Below are positions 19,691 to 29,374 of a DNA stretch of 64,000 bases, piece by piece. The stretch is from assembly GCA_045863295.1 (NCBI GenBank), contig BTWA01000014.1, positions 1 through 64,000 on the forward strand, in the 5' to 3' direction. Each line of letters starts with the position of its first letter. Position 1 is the first letter of the stretch. Position numbers and translations under genes: made by a program. The notes under the pieces are model-generated. The model had not been told where the DNA came from. It saw only the letters and a list, made by a program, of their open reading frames with translations, and did not search any database. The DNA comes from Candidatus Hydrogenedentota bacterium. GTDB lineage: Bacteria > Hydrogenedentota > Hydrogenedentia > Hydrogenedentales > SLHB01.

Positions 19691-21061
19691 ATGACGTACG
19701 GCACCGATACATCCGAAGCGGCAATCACGCCAAGTGCTCCCGTATCGGAAGACGCCGGTTCGCTCCGGCGGCTGACCATTTCCGGATCCACCTGGACGTT
19801 GCTGGAATATGGTGTAAGTCAAGGACTGCGGTTTGTAAGCAATTGGTTGTTGCTTCAGTTAATCACACAGACCGACGCCTTTGGACTCATGTTTATTGTC
19901 AGCATCGTTATGCAGGGTCTCGTCATGTTCTCCGATATAGGAACGGGGCCGAGCATTATTCAAAACAAACGCGGGGAAGATCCGCGCTTTCTGAATACTG
20001 CTTGGGTGTTGCAGATTACACGCGGGCTTGCATTGTTCGTTGCAGCGCTCGCAATCACCTGGCCTGTGGCCAGGTTCTACAACGAACCAATGCTGTTACA
20101 ACTCCTTCCCGTGGCCGCCCTCGCCGCGCTGGTGAGCGCTTTCGATTCCACCAAGCTGGACCTGATGAACAGGCAATTGAGGATGGGAGTGCTGGCCGCA
20201 ATAAACATCGGGTCTCAGGCCGCTGGCATCGTGTGCACCCTGCTGTTGGCGTGGTGGTTTCGGAATGTCTGGGCGCTGGTGATCGGGGGCGCAATGGCGG
20301 CGGTAATAAAGACGGCGGTAAGTCACGTATTATGCCCGGGTCCTCCGAACCGGTTTCAGTTTGACCGGGAGCTTAGCCGGGAGATGATCGGATTCGGGCG
20401 GTGGATCTTCATCAGCACGGTGCTCGGATATGTGGTGAGCCGCGTGGATTCCATGATTCTTGGAAAATATCTCGCCATGGCCGAGTTTGGCGTGTACTTT
20501 GTCGCGGCCATGATTGCGCAGGCCGTGATTCAGGCCGTGTACCAAATCTCCAGCCGTGTGCTGTTCCCCGTGTACACGCGGGTGATGGGAGATGCCCCGG
20601 AAGTGTTCCGGCCAAAGATTTTCCGCGTTCGAGCCGTGCTTATGCTCATCGTGTTGCCGCCTCTGTGTGTGCTGACGGTGTGGGGCGACTGGATAGTACG
20701 GCTCATTTTTCCGGCCCATGTGCATGCCGCCGGTTGGATGCTTCAGATTCTGGCCGCGGGAGGGATTGTCTCCGCCATTTCAGGCACACTAAATCCAGCA
20801 CTGCTGGCGGCAGGTGATTCCTACCGCTATATGCTGCTCCAGGGGACACAAACGGTATTCATCGTCGCCGCCATGCTGATTGGCGAGCGTACCGGTGGCT
20901 TCGCGGGAATCCTGGCGGGAGTGGCTATTGCAGGGTACTTAAACTATCCGCTCCTTGCCGCAAGCGTCTACAAATACCGGGTGTGGATGCCAGCACTGGA
21001 TGCCGCCGGATTCGCCGGGGCCGGTTCACTCATCGGATTGGGATTCTTCTTAACACGGTGA
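19691..21061 (+). CDS. Wzx-type oligosaccharide flippase
   Basis: About 12 TM segments; FSDIGTGPSIIQ, FLNTAWVLQITRG, FGRWIF, D.MILGK. Confidence 0.9.
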   Translation: MTYGTDTSEAAITPSAPVSEDAGSLRRLTISGSTWTLLEYGVSQGLRFVSNWLLLQLITQTDAFGLMFIVSIVMQGLVMFSDIGTGPSIIQNKRGEDPRFLNTAWVLQITRGLALFVAALAITWPVARFYNEPMLLQLLPVAALAALVSAFDSTKLDLMNRQLRMGVLAAINIGSQAAGIVCTLLLAWWFRNVWALVIGGAMAAVIKTAVSHVLCPGPPNRFQFDRELSREMIGFGRWIFISTVLGYVVSRVDSMILGKYLAMAEFGVYFVAAMIAQAVIQAVYQISSRVLFPVYTRVMGDAPEVFRPKIFRVRAVLMLIVLPPLCVLTVWGDWIVRLIFPAHVHAAGWMLQILAAGGIVSAISGTLNPALLAAGDSYRYMLLQGTQTVFIVAAMLIGERTGGFAGILAGVAIAGYLNYPLLAASVYKYRVWMPALDAAGFAGAGSLIGLGFFLTR

Positions 21062-21068
21062 TTGGTAA

Positions 21069-22208
21069 ATGACAGCATTGAAAACACATACGTCGCCATT
21101 GCGAATCACATTCGTGATTCCGCCGCCGAATCTGTCCGGCGGAGTGCGCGTCGTTGCCATTTACGCCGAACGCCTGCGCCAACTGGGGCACATCGTCACC
21201 GTTGTATACCCGCCGAACGAACAGCCAACCCTGAGAGAACGTTTGCGTTCCTTCAAGAACGGCAAAGGGTGGCCTGTAGTTCCGCGTATCCTGGAATCTC
21301 ACCTGGATCAGACCCGCGTGACAAGGCTGGAACTCGACCGATACAGGCCGGTGACGCCGGCCGACGTGCCCGATGCGGACGTGATTATCTGCACATGGTG
21401 GGAGACGGCGGAATGGATCGCGCGCTTTCCAGCATCCAAAGGCATTCCCATCTATTTCCTGCAACACTATGAAGTGCATCCGTGGTTGCCAATAGACCGG
21501 GTCAAGGCCACGTGGAAATTGCCTATGCACAAGATTGTCGTGGCAAAGTGGCTTGCCGATATCGCCGCAAGCGAATTCGGGGATGCCGATGTCTCCCTTG
21601 TTCCCAATAGCGTTGACATGGAGGTCTTCCACGCGCCCGTGCGCGGCAAGCAACCGCATTTTACGGTAGGCTTTATGTATTCCGAGGTGGCCTTCAAGGG
21701 TTGTGACATTGCGCTCGCCGCCATCGATCGCGTGCGTTCCACCGTGAGCGAACTGCGGGTAATGGCCTTTGGCGGCCGCCCACCGGTAGCCGAGTTGCCA
21801 TTGCCGGATTTCGTGTCTTATCACGTGACCCCATCCCAACAAGGCATTCGGGACATCTACACATCGTGCGACGCGTGGCTCTTCTCCAGCAGAAGCGAGG
21901 GCTTCGGACTCCCCATACTGGAAGCCATGGCATGCCGCACACCGGTAATTGGAACCCCCGAAGGGGCGGCGCCTGAGTTGATTGGGCATGGCGGAGGCAT
22001 ACTGGTGAGCAGAGAGGATGCGGCCACTATGGCTGATGCCATGATGCGCGTGCACCGTATGTCCGATTCCGAATGGCGGACAATGTCGGATGCGGCCGTG
22101 GAAACTGCGAAACGCTACACGTGGATCAATGCGACCGCCTTGTTTGAATCTGCATTGCGCCACGCAATGAAGAAAAGAGGAAGTGTTGCCTTGGAGGCGC
22201 CCGCATGA
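21069..22208 (+). CDS. Glycosyltransferase family 4
   Basis: SGGVRVV, VPNSVD, SRSEGFGLPILEAMACRTPVI. Confidence 0.92.
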   Translation: MTALKTHTSPLRITFVIPPPNLSGGVRVVAIYAERLRQLGHIVTVVYPPNEQPTLRERLRSFKNGKGWPVVPRILESHLDQTRVTRLELDRYRPVTPADVPDADVIICTWWETAEWIARFPASKGIPIYFLQHYEVHPWLPIDRVKATWKLPMHKIVVAKWLADIAASEFGDADVSLVPNSVDMEVFHAPVRGKQPHFTVGFMYSEVAFKGCDIALAAIDRVRSTVSELRVMAFGGRPPVAELPLPDFVSYHVTPSQQGIRDIYTSCDAWLFSSRSEGFGLPILEAMACRTPVIGTPEGAAPELIGHGGGILVSREDAATMADAMMRVHRMSDSEWRTMSDAAVETAKRYTWINATALFESALRHAMKKRGSVALEAPA

Positions 22209-23659
22209 ACAACGACTATGGAATTCAAGTTCTATTGGCGTTTCTCGGGTGGGTGCCCGTCCTATTGCTTTTATTCGTCGTATTCCCTTCACGCCGCGCC
22301 GTGATCGTCGGTTTTATCTTTGCATGGCTTTTCTTGCCGGTCGCCAAGTATGAGTTCGAAGGCTTTGTCGACCTCGACAAGGTCACCGCAACCTGTCTGC
22401 TCATTTTCCTGGCTACGCTCTTTTTCGACGTAAATCGTGTCCTCACGTTCCGGCCGAATTGGGTCGACATCCCCATGGCGGTTTTCTGCCTCGCACCCTT
22501 GTTTGCATCCGTGTACAACGGATTGGGATTGTACGACGGCTTTTCAGAGGTTCGAAACCAGTTATTTCATTGGGCATTCCCCTATTTTATCGGCAGACTC
22601 TACTTCTCCGAGCTGAAAGGTATGCGCGAACTCGCCATCGGAATAGTCTTAGGGGGCTTGGTTTATGTGCCGCTCTTGCTCTTTGAGTTGCGCATGAGTC
22701 CTCAGTTGCATAACATCGTGTACGGATTCATGCAACACTCCTTTCTTCAAACCATGCGATACGGCGGCTGGCGGCCCATGGTGTTTCTCGAACACGGCCT
22801 GATGGTGGGCATGTGGATGACGGCCGCGACCCTGTGCGCCTTCATGTTTTGGCAAATGGCCGGCATTAAGATCGTGGATTACGCGCCTTCTTTTACAATT
22901 GGGCACAAACTGCGAAACATCCGTTGGCCCATGTGGACCGTGGTCGCGTTATTGTTCGCCATCACCGTGCTCTGCAAATCCACCTTCGCAATTGTGTTGA
23001 TGCTTACAGGCATCGGTGCTATGTTGGCCGTAAAATGGTTCCGAGCATGGTATGTCGTGCCGCTGCTTTCGCTCGTCATCGTCGCTTACGTTGTTGTCCG
23101 CGCCTTGGGATGGTGGGACGGGCAGGAGTTGGTGCGTGTGTCCAATGCCGTATTTGGACCTGAACGAGCTGAATCACTCGCGTACCGACTGTTCAACGAA
23201 AACATACTCAGTGCGCGCGGGCGGCAACAACTCGTCTTCGGATGGGGGGGCTGGGGCCGGTCCAGGGTTGACGACGAATGGGGCAAGGAATTCGTGACCG
23301 ACAGTTCGTGGGTAATCTATCTGGGCACAACCGGCATGGTCGGCTTGCTTTCGTTCAATCTTGCCATGCTCTTGCCTGCGCTGCTGCTTCGATTTCGCAT
23401 CCCGCCAAAGTACTGGACACATCCGAATGCGGCCCCCGCAGTACTGTTCTCCATCCTCATCGTGCTGTGGATGCTCGATAATACGATGAACAACATGTTC
23501 AACCCCATCTTTGTACTCATGGCGGGAGGCCTCGCAGGCTTAAAGAGGCAACTTGTGCCCGAAGACATTCGAATAATCAACCGCGCGAAACCCGGCGCTC
23601 ACGCGGTCAAGCGTAAATCGAGGCCCATTCCAGCGCCCGCCAGCCAAGACCGTAGCTGA
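22205..23659 (+). CDS. Wzy polymerase / O-antigen ligase family membrane protein
   Basis: Multi-TM; RMSPQLH, RYGGWRPMVFLEHGL, SLAYRL..E, FGWGGWGR. Confidence 0.8.
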   Translation: MNNDYGIQVLLAFLGWVPVLLLLFVVFPSRRAVIVGFIFAWLFLPVAKYEFEGFVDLDKVTATCLLIFLATLFFDVNRVLTFRPNWVDIPMAVFCLAPLFASVYNGLGLYDGFSEVRNQLFHWAFPYFIGRLYFSELKGMRELAIGIVLGGLVYVPLLLFELRMSPQLHNIVYGFMQHSFLQTMRYGGWRPMVFLEHGLMVGMWMTAATLCAFMFWQMAGIKIVDYAPSFTIGHKLRNIRWPMWTVVALLFAITVLCKSTFAIVLMLTGIGAMLAVKWFRAWYVVPLLSLVIVAYVVVRALGWWDGQELVRVSNAVFGPERAESLAYRLFNENILSARGRQQLVFGWGGWGRSRVDDEWGKEFVTDSSWVIYLGTTGMVGLLSFNLAMLLPALLLRFRIPPKYWTHPNAAPAVLFSILIVLWMLDNTMNNMFNPIFVLMAGGLAGLKRQLVPEDIRIINRAKPGAHAVKRKSRPIPAPASQDRS

Positions 23660-23707
23660 ATCCGCCCCAGCATGGTACACTCCTGCAATGAAAGCGAGGA
23701 TAGTGCC

Positions 23708-24511
23708 ATGCGCCGATTGTCTCTGATACTGGTTAACCTTTGCTTGCTGGGCCAAGTCGCCGCCTTCGCGGCTCCAGATCGTGAGTCGGTCCAATTCGAT
23801 GCAAGGCGTATCGACTTTGTCGTCGGCGAAAGCAAGGCCTTTCTTGTCCTGCCCACAAAACCGGCCGACGACGGCTCAAAACCATGGATTTGGTATGCCC
23901 CTACATTTATTGGCGGACACCCCGATGACAGCCACACGTGGATGGCGAGGCAATGGCTCGATGCCGGTTTTGCCATCGGCGGTGTGGAAGTGGGGGAGTC
24001 GTACGGAAATCCCGATGGCGTCGCTCGGTATACCGCCTATTACGAGTATGTTCGAAAGACCTACGGTCTGGACGAAAAGCCGTGTTTGTTGGCGCAAAGC
24101 CGCGGCGGACTGATGCTATTCAATTGGGCCGCGGAAAATGCGGAAAAGGTGCAGTGCATTGCCGGAATCTATCCGGTCTGCAACCTGGAGAGTTATCCGG
24201 GAATCGAAAAAGCCGCACCGGCCTACAAACTCACTCCACAACAACTGCAAGAACAACTGAAATCGTACAATCCCGTTGAACGCGTCCGCTCCATCGCGCA
24301 AGCCAACATACCCCTGCTCTATATTCACGGCGACGTGGATCAGGTGGTTCCGGTGGAGAAGAATTCCGCCTTGTTGGTGGAAAGGATTAACGCGGCAGGC
24401 GGCAATGCCCGCATGATTCTTGTGCAGGGTAAAGGGCATCAGGTTTGCCACGAATTCTTCCAGTCCCAGGAGTTGACCAGTTTTGTGCTGTCAAAAGGCA
24501 AGTTGAAATAA
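23708..24511 (+). CDS. Secreted alpha/beta hydrolase (esterase/S9-like)
   Basis: Signal peptide; AQSRGG nucleophile, HGDVDQVV Asp, GKGH His; GAGGA RBS before ATG 23708. Confidence 0.85.
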   Translation: MRRLSLILVNLCLLGQVAAFAAPDRESVQFDARRIDFVVGESKAFLVLPTKPADDGSKPWIWYAPTFIGGHPDDSHTWMARQWLDAGFAIGGVEVGESYGNPDGVARYTAYYEYVRKTYGLDEKPCLLAQSRGGLMLFNWAAENAEKVQCIAGIYPVCNLESYPGIEKAAPAYKLTPQQLQEQLKSYNPVERVRSIAQANIPLLYIHGDVDQVVPVEKNSALLVERINAAGGNARMILVQGKGHQVCHEFFQSQELTSFVLSKGKLK

Positions 24512-24587
24512 GGGGTGAATTGCCGGGTAATCCGTATGCAGGTTGAGCTGAATCAAATCGTTGTTGCTGCAAAACAGGAGTAGCGCC

Positions 24588-25691
24588 ATGTTCCGTGGAT
24601 TGTGTTGTGTATTGACCTTTATTGCAGGAGGGACCGCCGTCGCCCTTGCGCAGGCTGTCCACGTGGAGAACGCCATCGTTTATAAAGAAGACGGACGATT
24701 CGCCGGGTGGCCGGCCAACAACGGGATGTGGAATTGGGGTAACGAAATTGTCGTGGGATTCATGCAGGGCTATTTCAAGTTCTTTGATAAAGACGAACAT
24801 GCTCAAGACCCGGCCAAGCCCAGCCTGCCGCGGTTTGCGCGAAGCCTTGACGGCGGCAAGACATGGACCTTGGAAATCCCCACGTTCCTCGACGACAACG
24901 GCGGTGAAAAAGATCCGGTACCACAGACAGCACCCGCCGATTTTGCTCATCCCGATTTTGCAATGCGTATTCGAATGAACAACAAGCGAGGCGCAAGCCC
25001 ACGCATCTACTATTCCTACGACCGCTGCAAAACGTGGGAGGGACCCTATGCGTTTCCCATGTTCGACCAAACCCGAATTATGGCACGTACGGATTATCTC
25101 GTGTCGGGCTCTGCGGAGATTCTGGCATTCCTCACCGCGGAAAAACCGGATCGGGACGAAGGACGTGTTTTCTGCGCGCGCACGACGGATGGTGGCGTTT
25201 CGTGGAATTGGGTGAACTGGGTATGCCCCGAGCCAACCGGTTTCAGCATTATGCCCGCCAGCGTGCGGGTCTCGGACAACGAAGTGTACACCACTATCCG
25301 CCGCAAAGAAGGCGACGAATGCTGGATAGACGCATACCGAAGCCTCGACAACGGCCTTACGTGGACCATGGATGGCGAGAAGATCGCGAGTACCGGCGTA
25401 AACTGGGGCAACCCGTCGTCGCTTACCAAGCTCCGCGACGGACGCCTTGCGCTGGTGTACGGATACCGGTCCGAACCCTACGGAATCCGCGCCAAGCTAA
25501 GCAGCGACAACGGCAAGACGTGGGGGAATGAAATTATCTTGCGAAGCGACGCCGGTTGTTGGGACTTGGGCTATCCCCGGAGTGTGCAGAGAGCCGACGG
25601 TAAGGTCGTCTCGACATACTATTACAACGACGGCTTGGACAAGGAACGATACATTGCCGCCACCATTTGGGATCCGGGCGCGGCCAAATAA
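24588..25691 (+). CDS. Secreted BNR/Asp-box sialidase-fold glycoside hydrolase
   Basis: Five Asp boxes (SLDGGKTW, SYDRCKTW, TTDGGVSW, SLDNGLTW, SSDNGKTW) and DLGYP; AGGAG RBS. Confidence 0.85.
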   Translation: MFRGLCCVLTFIAGGTAVALAQAVHVENAIVYKEDGRFAGWPANNGMWNWGNEIVVGFMQGYFKFFDKDEHAQDPAKPSLPRFARSLDGGKTWTLEIPTFLDDNGGEKDPVPQTAPADFAHPDFAMRIRMNNKRGASPRIYYSYDRCKTWEGPYAFPMFDQTRIMARTDYLVSGSAEILAFLTAEKPDRDEGRVFCARTTDGGVSWNWVNWVCPEPTGFSIMPASVRVSDNEVYTTIRRKEGDECWIDAYRSLDNGLTWTMDGEKIASTGVNWGNPSSLTKLRDGRLALVYGYRSEPYGIRAKLSSDNGKTWGNEIILRSDAGCWDLGYPRSVQRADGKVVSTYYYNDGLDKERYIAATIWDPGAAK

Positions 25692-25811
25692 CCACGCACC
25701 GGGGGCACGTTCTTTTTGCCCCTCAAGGGGGTACAAGGGTAATGTACTGTTTGTTTGGATCCGTTACACACGGCCGCTGGACAAGGCCAGGAGTAAGAGC
25801 GGGGGGAATCG

Positions 25812-27254
25812 ATGTGTAGATGCGTGCGCATTCTGACGATCTTGACCATGCCGGTTCTTGTCGGATTTACCATTCCGGATTGCTCGGGTGGATTCCAGCG
25901 CAAGGATTTCGTCAAAATTAACGTGAACGGATTTGATCCAGCGGACAATGACGCAGATCACAACGATTACGCCTGGGCGATGGAACACTACACCGCGCCG
26001 GGATCGGATACAGGCTATCTGTACGTCGGCACCGGCAACAACATCGCCAACCTGATTCTCTACAACTTCGGCGTTATTCTGTATGGCCTTGACTTGAATG
26101 ATGCACCCATACATCCCCCTGAAATTCGCCGGTATCGCCCCGATTTGGGCGAAACACATTGGGAGCGCGTTTTCGACTACAAAGATGCCGACCCCGAGGG
26201 TACGTCGCAGACCATTGGATTCCGGATGATGCGGCGGTTCACGCCCGCCACAAAAAATGGGGTGGCACAATCGTATCTGTATGCCGCGGCCATGGGCCGC
26301 AATCCGACGCTGTGGCGCTCGGTCTCGGGAGACCCGGGCACATGGCAGTCGGTGTGGAGCAGCGGCGGCCCGTCCATACGCTGGATGGCAGAGCACAATG
26401 GCGCGCTATACGTGGCTCTTACGAATGACGCCCTGGGCGATCCCCTACCCGGGCAGATTTGGAAATCCATCGACGGGTCGAATTTTGTACAGGTTATCGG
26501 CGACGGCTTTGGCAACCCGGCAAACCGCGGCTGCGAATCGCTAATCTCGTTCAATGGCTATCTCTACGTAGGCACTGCCAACTACGAAACAGGGTTCGAA
26601 ATATGGCGCTGCGAGGGGCCGGATAAAGCCGCGCCAGTGCGTATCATGAATAATGGCGGGCCCGATATGCGCAACGACATTGCCGGATCGCCATGCATTT
26701 TCAATGGTCACCTCTACTTTGGAAGCATCATCTTTTTCGGCTTTAACCCGCAACGGCGCACGGGATTCAAAGGCAGCGATATCGTCCGCATCTATCCCGA
26801 TGACTCATGGGAAACTGTGGTCGGCCCTGAATCCGTTTCCGGCTACGATTCCGGATTCAACCACTTCACGAACGCGTACCTCTGGTGGATGGAAACCCAC
26901 GACGGTTGGCTGTATGCAGGCACATGGGATCAGGCTTCATTGCTGGCCTTGCTGATTCAAAATTTCCCGGTTCTCCAACAAGCGCTCAGCGGTGCGCCTC
27001 TCGAGGATCTCGATGTGCCTAGTGCTGACGAAACGGACATGAGTCCCAGTATCCTCACACATCTCATGCACGCCGGCTTCGATTTGTTCAAAACCAATGA
27101 CGGAGTCCACTGGATTCCCGTGTCCATCGACGGATTCGGCAATCCCGGTAATTACGGTATTCGTACCATGAAATCGGTGGGCGATTCGTTGTATGTCGGT
27201 ACGGCAAACCCATTTCAGGGAGTAGAAGTCTGGAAGGCAACCTCCGGCGAATGA
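25812..27254 (+). CDS. Secreted beta-propeller repeat protein of unknown function
   Basis: Recurrent GxLYxGTxN and DGFGNPxN motifs; N-terminal hydrophobic segment. Confidence 0.75.
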   Translation: MCRCVRILTILTMPVLVGFTIPDCSGGFQRKDFVKINVNGFDPADNDADHNDYAWAMEHYTAPGSDTGYLYVGTGNNIANLILYNFGVILYGLDLNDAPIHPPEIRRYRPDLGETHWERVFDYKDADPEGTSQTIGFRMMRRFTPATKNGVAQSYLYAAAMGRNPTLWRSVSGDPGTWQSVWSSGGPSIRWMAEHNGALYVALTNDALGDPLPGQIWKSIDGSNFVQVIGDGFGNPANRGCESLISFNGYLYVGTANYETGFEIWRCEGPDKAAPVRIMNNGGPDMRNDIAGSPCIFNGHLYFGSIIFFGFNPQRRTGFKGSDIVRIYPDDSWETVVGPESVSGYDSGFNHFTNAYLWWMETHDGWLYAGTWDQASLLALLIQNFPVLQQALSGAPLEDLDVPSADETDMSPSILTHLMHAGFDLFKTNDGVHWIPVSIDGFGNPGNYGIRTMKSVGDSLYVGTANPFQGVEVWKATSGE

Positions 27255-27255
27255 A

Positions 27256-27909
27256 TTAGACCGTACCCCAGATATCCATATGCCGATCCGTTACCTTGGC
27301 CACTTGCAACGTGCCTAACCCGCAACTCACCAATTGCTCCTGCACCTCCGCCGGCGTAAACGCAGCCAAAAGCGACCGGTAATACTCCTCTTGTAACAGC
27401 GCGGATTCAGTGCCTGCATAAGTGGTCACAATCGCTCGTGCCTCCAACTCTGTCGCTGGCCTTGCCAAGTCCCGGAAAAATATCCAGCCTCCCTTCGCCA
27501 CAACCCGGCGCACCTCGCGCCACAACGGCAACGGATCGGGCATATGATGCAAAATGCTGTTGGAGAATATCCCGTCCATGCACTGGTCGCCCAAGGGAAG
27601 GCATTTGGCATTGGCCTGCACGCAGACCATATTCGGAGGCGAGGGCAATGCCCGATGCCGTAGCATCGCGCGCGATGCGTCGATCGCGACTACCCTCCAA
27701 CCGGGGCGCAGCGTCAACAAAAGAGTAGGAATATCCGCAGGGCCCGTACCAAGGTCTACCGCACTGCAAACCTCCGTGCCCCCGGCAACTTCCATCAGCC
27801 GCTCGACAAATGCAGCATTGACATCGCGAAAATCCGCCGCCGCGTAGGCAAGGGCCTCTTCCGGCAAATCCATCCACTCCGGTTCCGGACTTCGTTGGCT
27901 AAGTTGCAT
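27256..27909 (-). CDS. Class I SAM-dependent methyltransferase
   Basis: VDLGTGPAD motif I, AIDAS, SNSILHH, FRDLARP. Confidence 0.88.
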   Translation of the reverse strand: MQLSQRSPEPEWMDLPEEALAYAAADFRDVNAAFVERLMEVAGGTEVCSAVDLGTGPADIPTLLLTLRPGWRVVAIDASRAMLRHRALPSPPNMVCVQANAKCLPLGDQCMDGIFSNSILHHMPDPLPLWREVRRVVAKGGWIFFRDLARPATELEARAIVTTYAGTESALLQEEYYRSLLAAFTPAEVQEQLVSCGLGTLQVAKVTDRHMDIWGTV

Positions 27910-28105
27910 TGCGGCAATACCTTACGTTGTGGATTGTAATCTGGTCATTGTCATCAATATCTAGATTTTACCCCGGCGGCCACCCGACACGACCCAAATA
28001 TGCGCTAGAATGAACTTCGGCTACCCTCGTCGAATGGGCGTAAATGATCGACCTAGAGCCCTATCGTCATTATATGCATGGAAAGCAACCCAAGGGGCAT
28101 GCGAG

Positions 28106-28711
28106 ATGACCTTCAAAGTATTGGCCGACACCGAGCTGATGCTGCGGGTCCGCGAAGATGACCAATGTGCCTTCGAGGCACTCTATCATCGCTACCACAG
28201 GCGGCTCACCAGCTTCTTCTACGGCATGTGCAGCAACACGCTGCAGGCGGAAGAATTGAGTCATGAGACGTTCGCGCGTATTTGGCACCTGCGCCAAAGG
28301 TATGAAGCCACCGGCTCATTTACCGCGTATTTGTTTTCGTGCGCGCGGAACATCTGGCTGGAACGTTGCCGTGAAGTGCGCAAGCAGCGCCGCCTGGGGA
28401 CGGTCGAAACGCTGGACGAGGCGGCATTCGAACTGCGCACGCGTAAGTCGTTCGGGCCGGATTCGGCGGCCAACCGCGCGGAGGTCTATGCCAACGTCCG
28501 CGAAGCGCTCGACGAATTGCCGGAAGAGCAGCGCATGGTATTCGTGATGCGCATTGTCGAAGGGTTTTCACTGGAAGAAATCGCCCGGATCATGCAATGC
28601 CCGGTGAATACAGTGCGTTCGCGCAAATTGCTCGCCGTGCGAAAACTTCGCGACGCCCTGAAGAATGTATTCTACCCCGAAAACAGCGAACGCCTGCGAT
28701 ACACATCGTGA
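28106..28711 (+). CDS. ECF RNA polymerase sigma factor
   Basis: AFEALYHRY, AEELSHETF, FTAYLFSCARN, LPEEQRMVF, EEIARIMQCPVNTVRSR; start moved from 28010 to 28106. Confidence 0.92.
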   Translation: MTFKVLADTELMLRVREDDQCAFEALYHRYHRRLTSFFYGMCSNTLQAEELSHETFARIWHLRQRYEATGSFTAYLFSCARNIWLERCREVRKQRRLGTVETLDEAAFELRTRKSFGPDSAANRAEVYANVREALDELPEEQRMVFVMRIVEGFSLEEIARIMQCPVNTVRSRKLLAVRKLRDALKNVFYPENSERLRYTS

Positions 28712-28737
28712 AACGCAGGGTGAGGAGATAACGTTCC

Positions 28738-29274
28738 ATGGATTGCAGCGAGGTGCGAAAGCGTCTGGACGAGTACGTGATGGGCGATCTGCCTCACGTC
28801 GAATGCCTGCGCGTCGATCTTCATCTCAGGCATTGCGTGCCGTGCCAGCAGGATCGCGACGAAACACTCCGGTTCTTCAAATCGTGCCGCAATGCAATGC
28901 TTGTCCGCGACGTGCGTGACGACTTCGGCAATTTGATGATGCGTATCGCCGAAAGCGAGGCGCGCATGCGGGCGGAATCCGCTTCCGCGAAGCGCAAACT
29001 GAGATTCGCATGGCGCCGCTCCGCTGCGGCCGTACTACTGCTCGCTGTGGGAATTACCCTGCTGCATATGGCAAATCCGTTACGCTGGCTCACTCAGTCC
29101 ATTGAAAACGTGGTCGAAGCCGCGGAAAGCCAGCATGGGGATCCGGTTGAAGTACCGGTGGTAACGGTGCCGTTTGTAAGCCCAGGGCAGATGCTCAATA
29201 CGGGGATTGTGGAATTCGAGCCAACGAGGCCGCATCCCGACCCCAAACATCTGGAATCGGCAACAAACCCCTGA
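28738..29274 (+). CDS. zf-HC2 (ZAS) anti-sigma factor with a TM helix
   Basis: N-terminal C..HLRHCVPC (HxxxCxxC) and one TM segment; directly after the ECF sigma. Confidence 0.85.
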   Translation: MDCSEVRKRLDEYVMGDLPHVECLRVDLHLRHCVPCQQDRDETLRFFKSCRNAMLVRDVRDDFGNLMMRIAESEARMRAESASAKRKLRFAWRRSAAAVLLLAVGITLLHMANPLRWLTQSIENVVEAAESQHGDPVEVPVVTVPFVSPGQMLNTGIVEFEPTRPHPDPKHLESATNP

Positions 29275-29374
29275 TTCAGCGCAATCATTCGCTTCCAAAA
29301 GCAACGCAGATGAAAGTGCGGACGGGTGAACTGTGCCTGTCGGGGGAAAAGAAGCGTGAGAGGAGAGCTCATCC

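Noticed and set aside
28011..29360. TGAACT...CGT motifs upstream of both the ECF sigma and the first pilC as an autoregulated ECF promoter
   Set aside because: Both have 22 nt between TGAACT and CGT, longer than normal ECF spacing; too weak to call.
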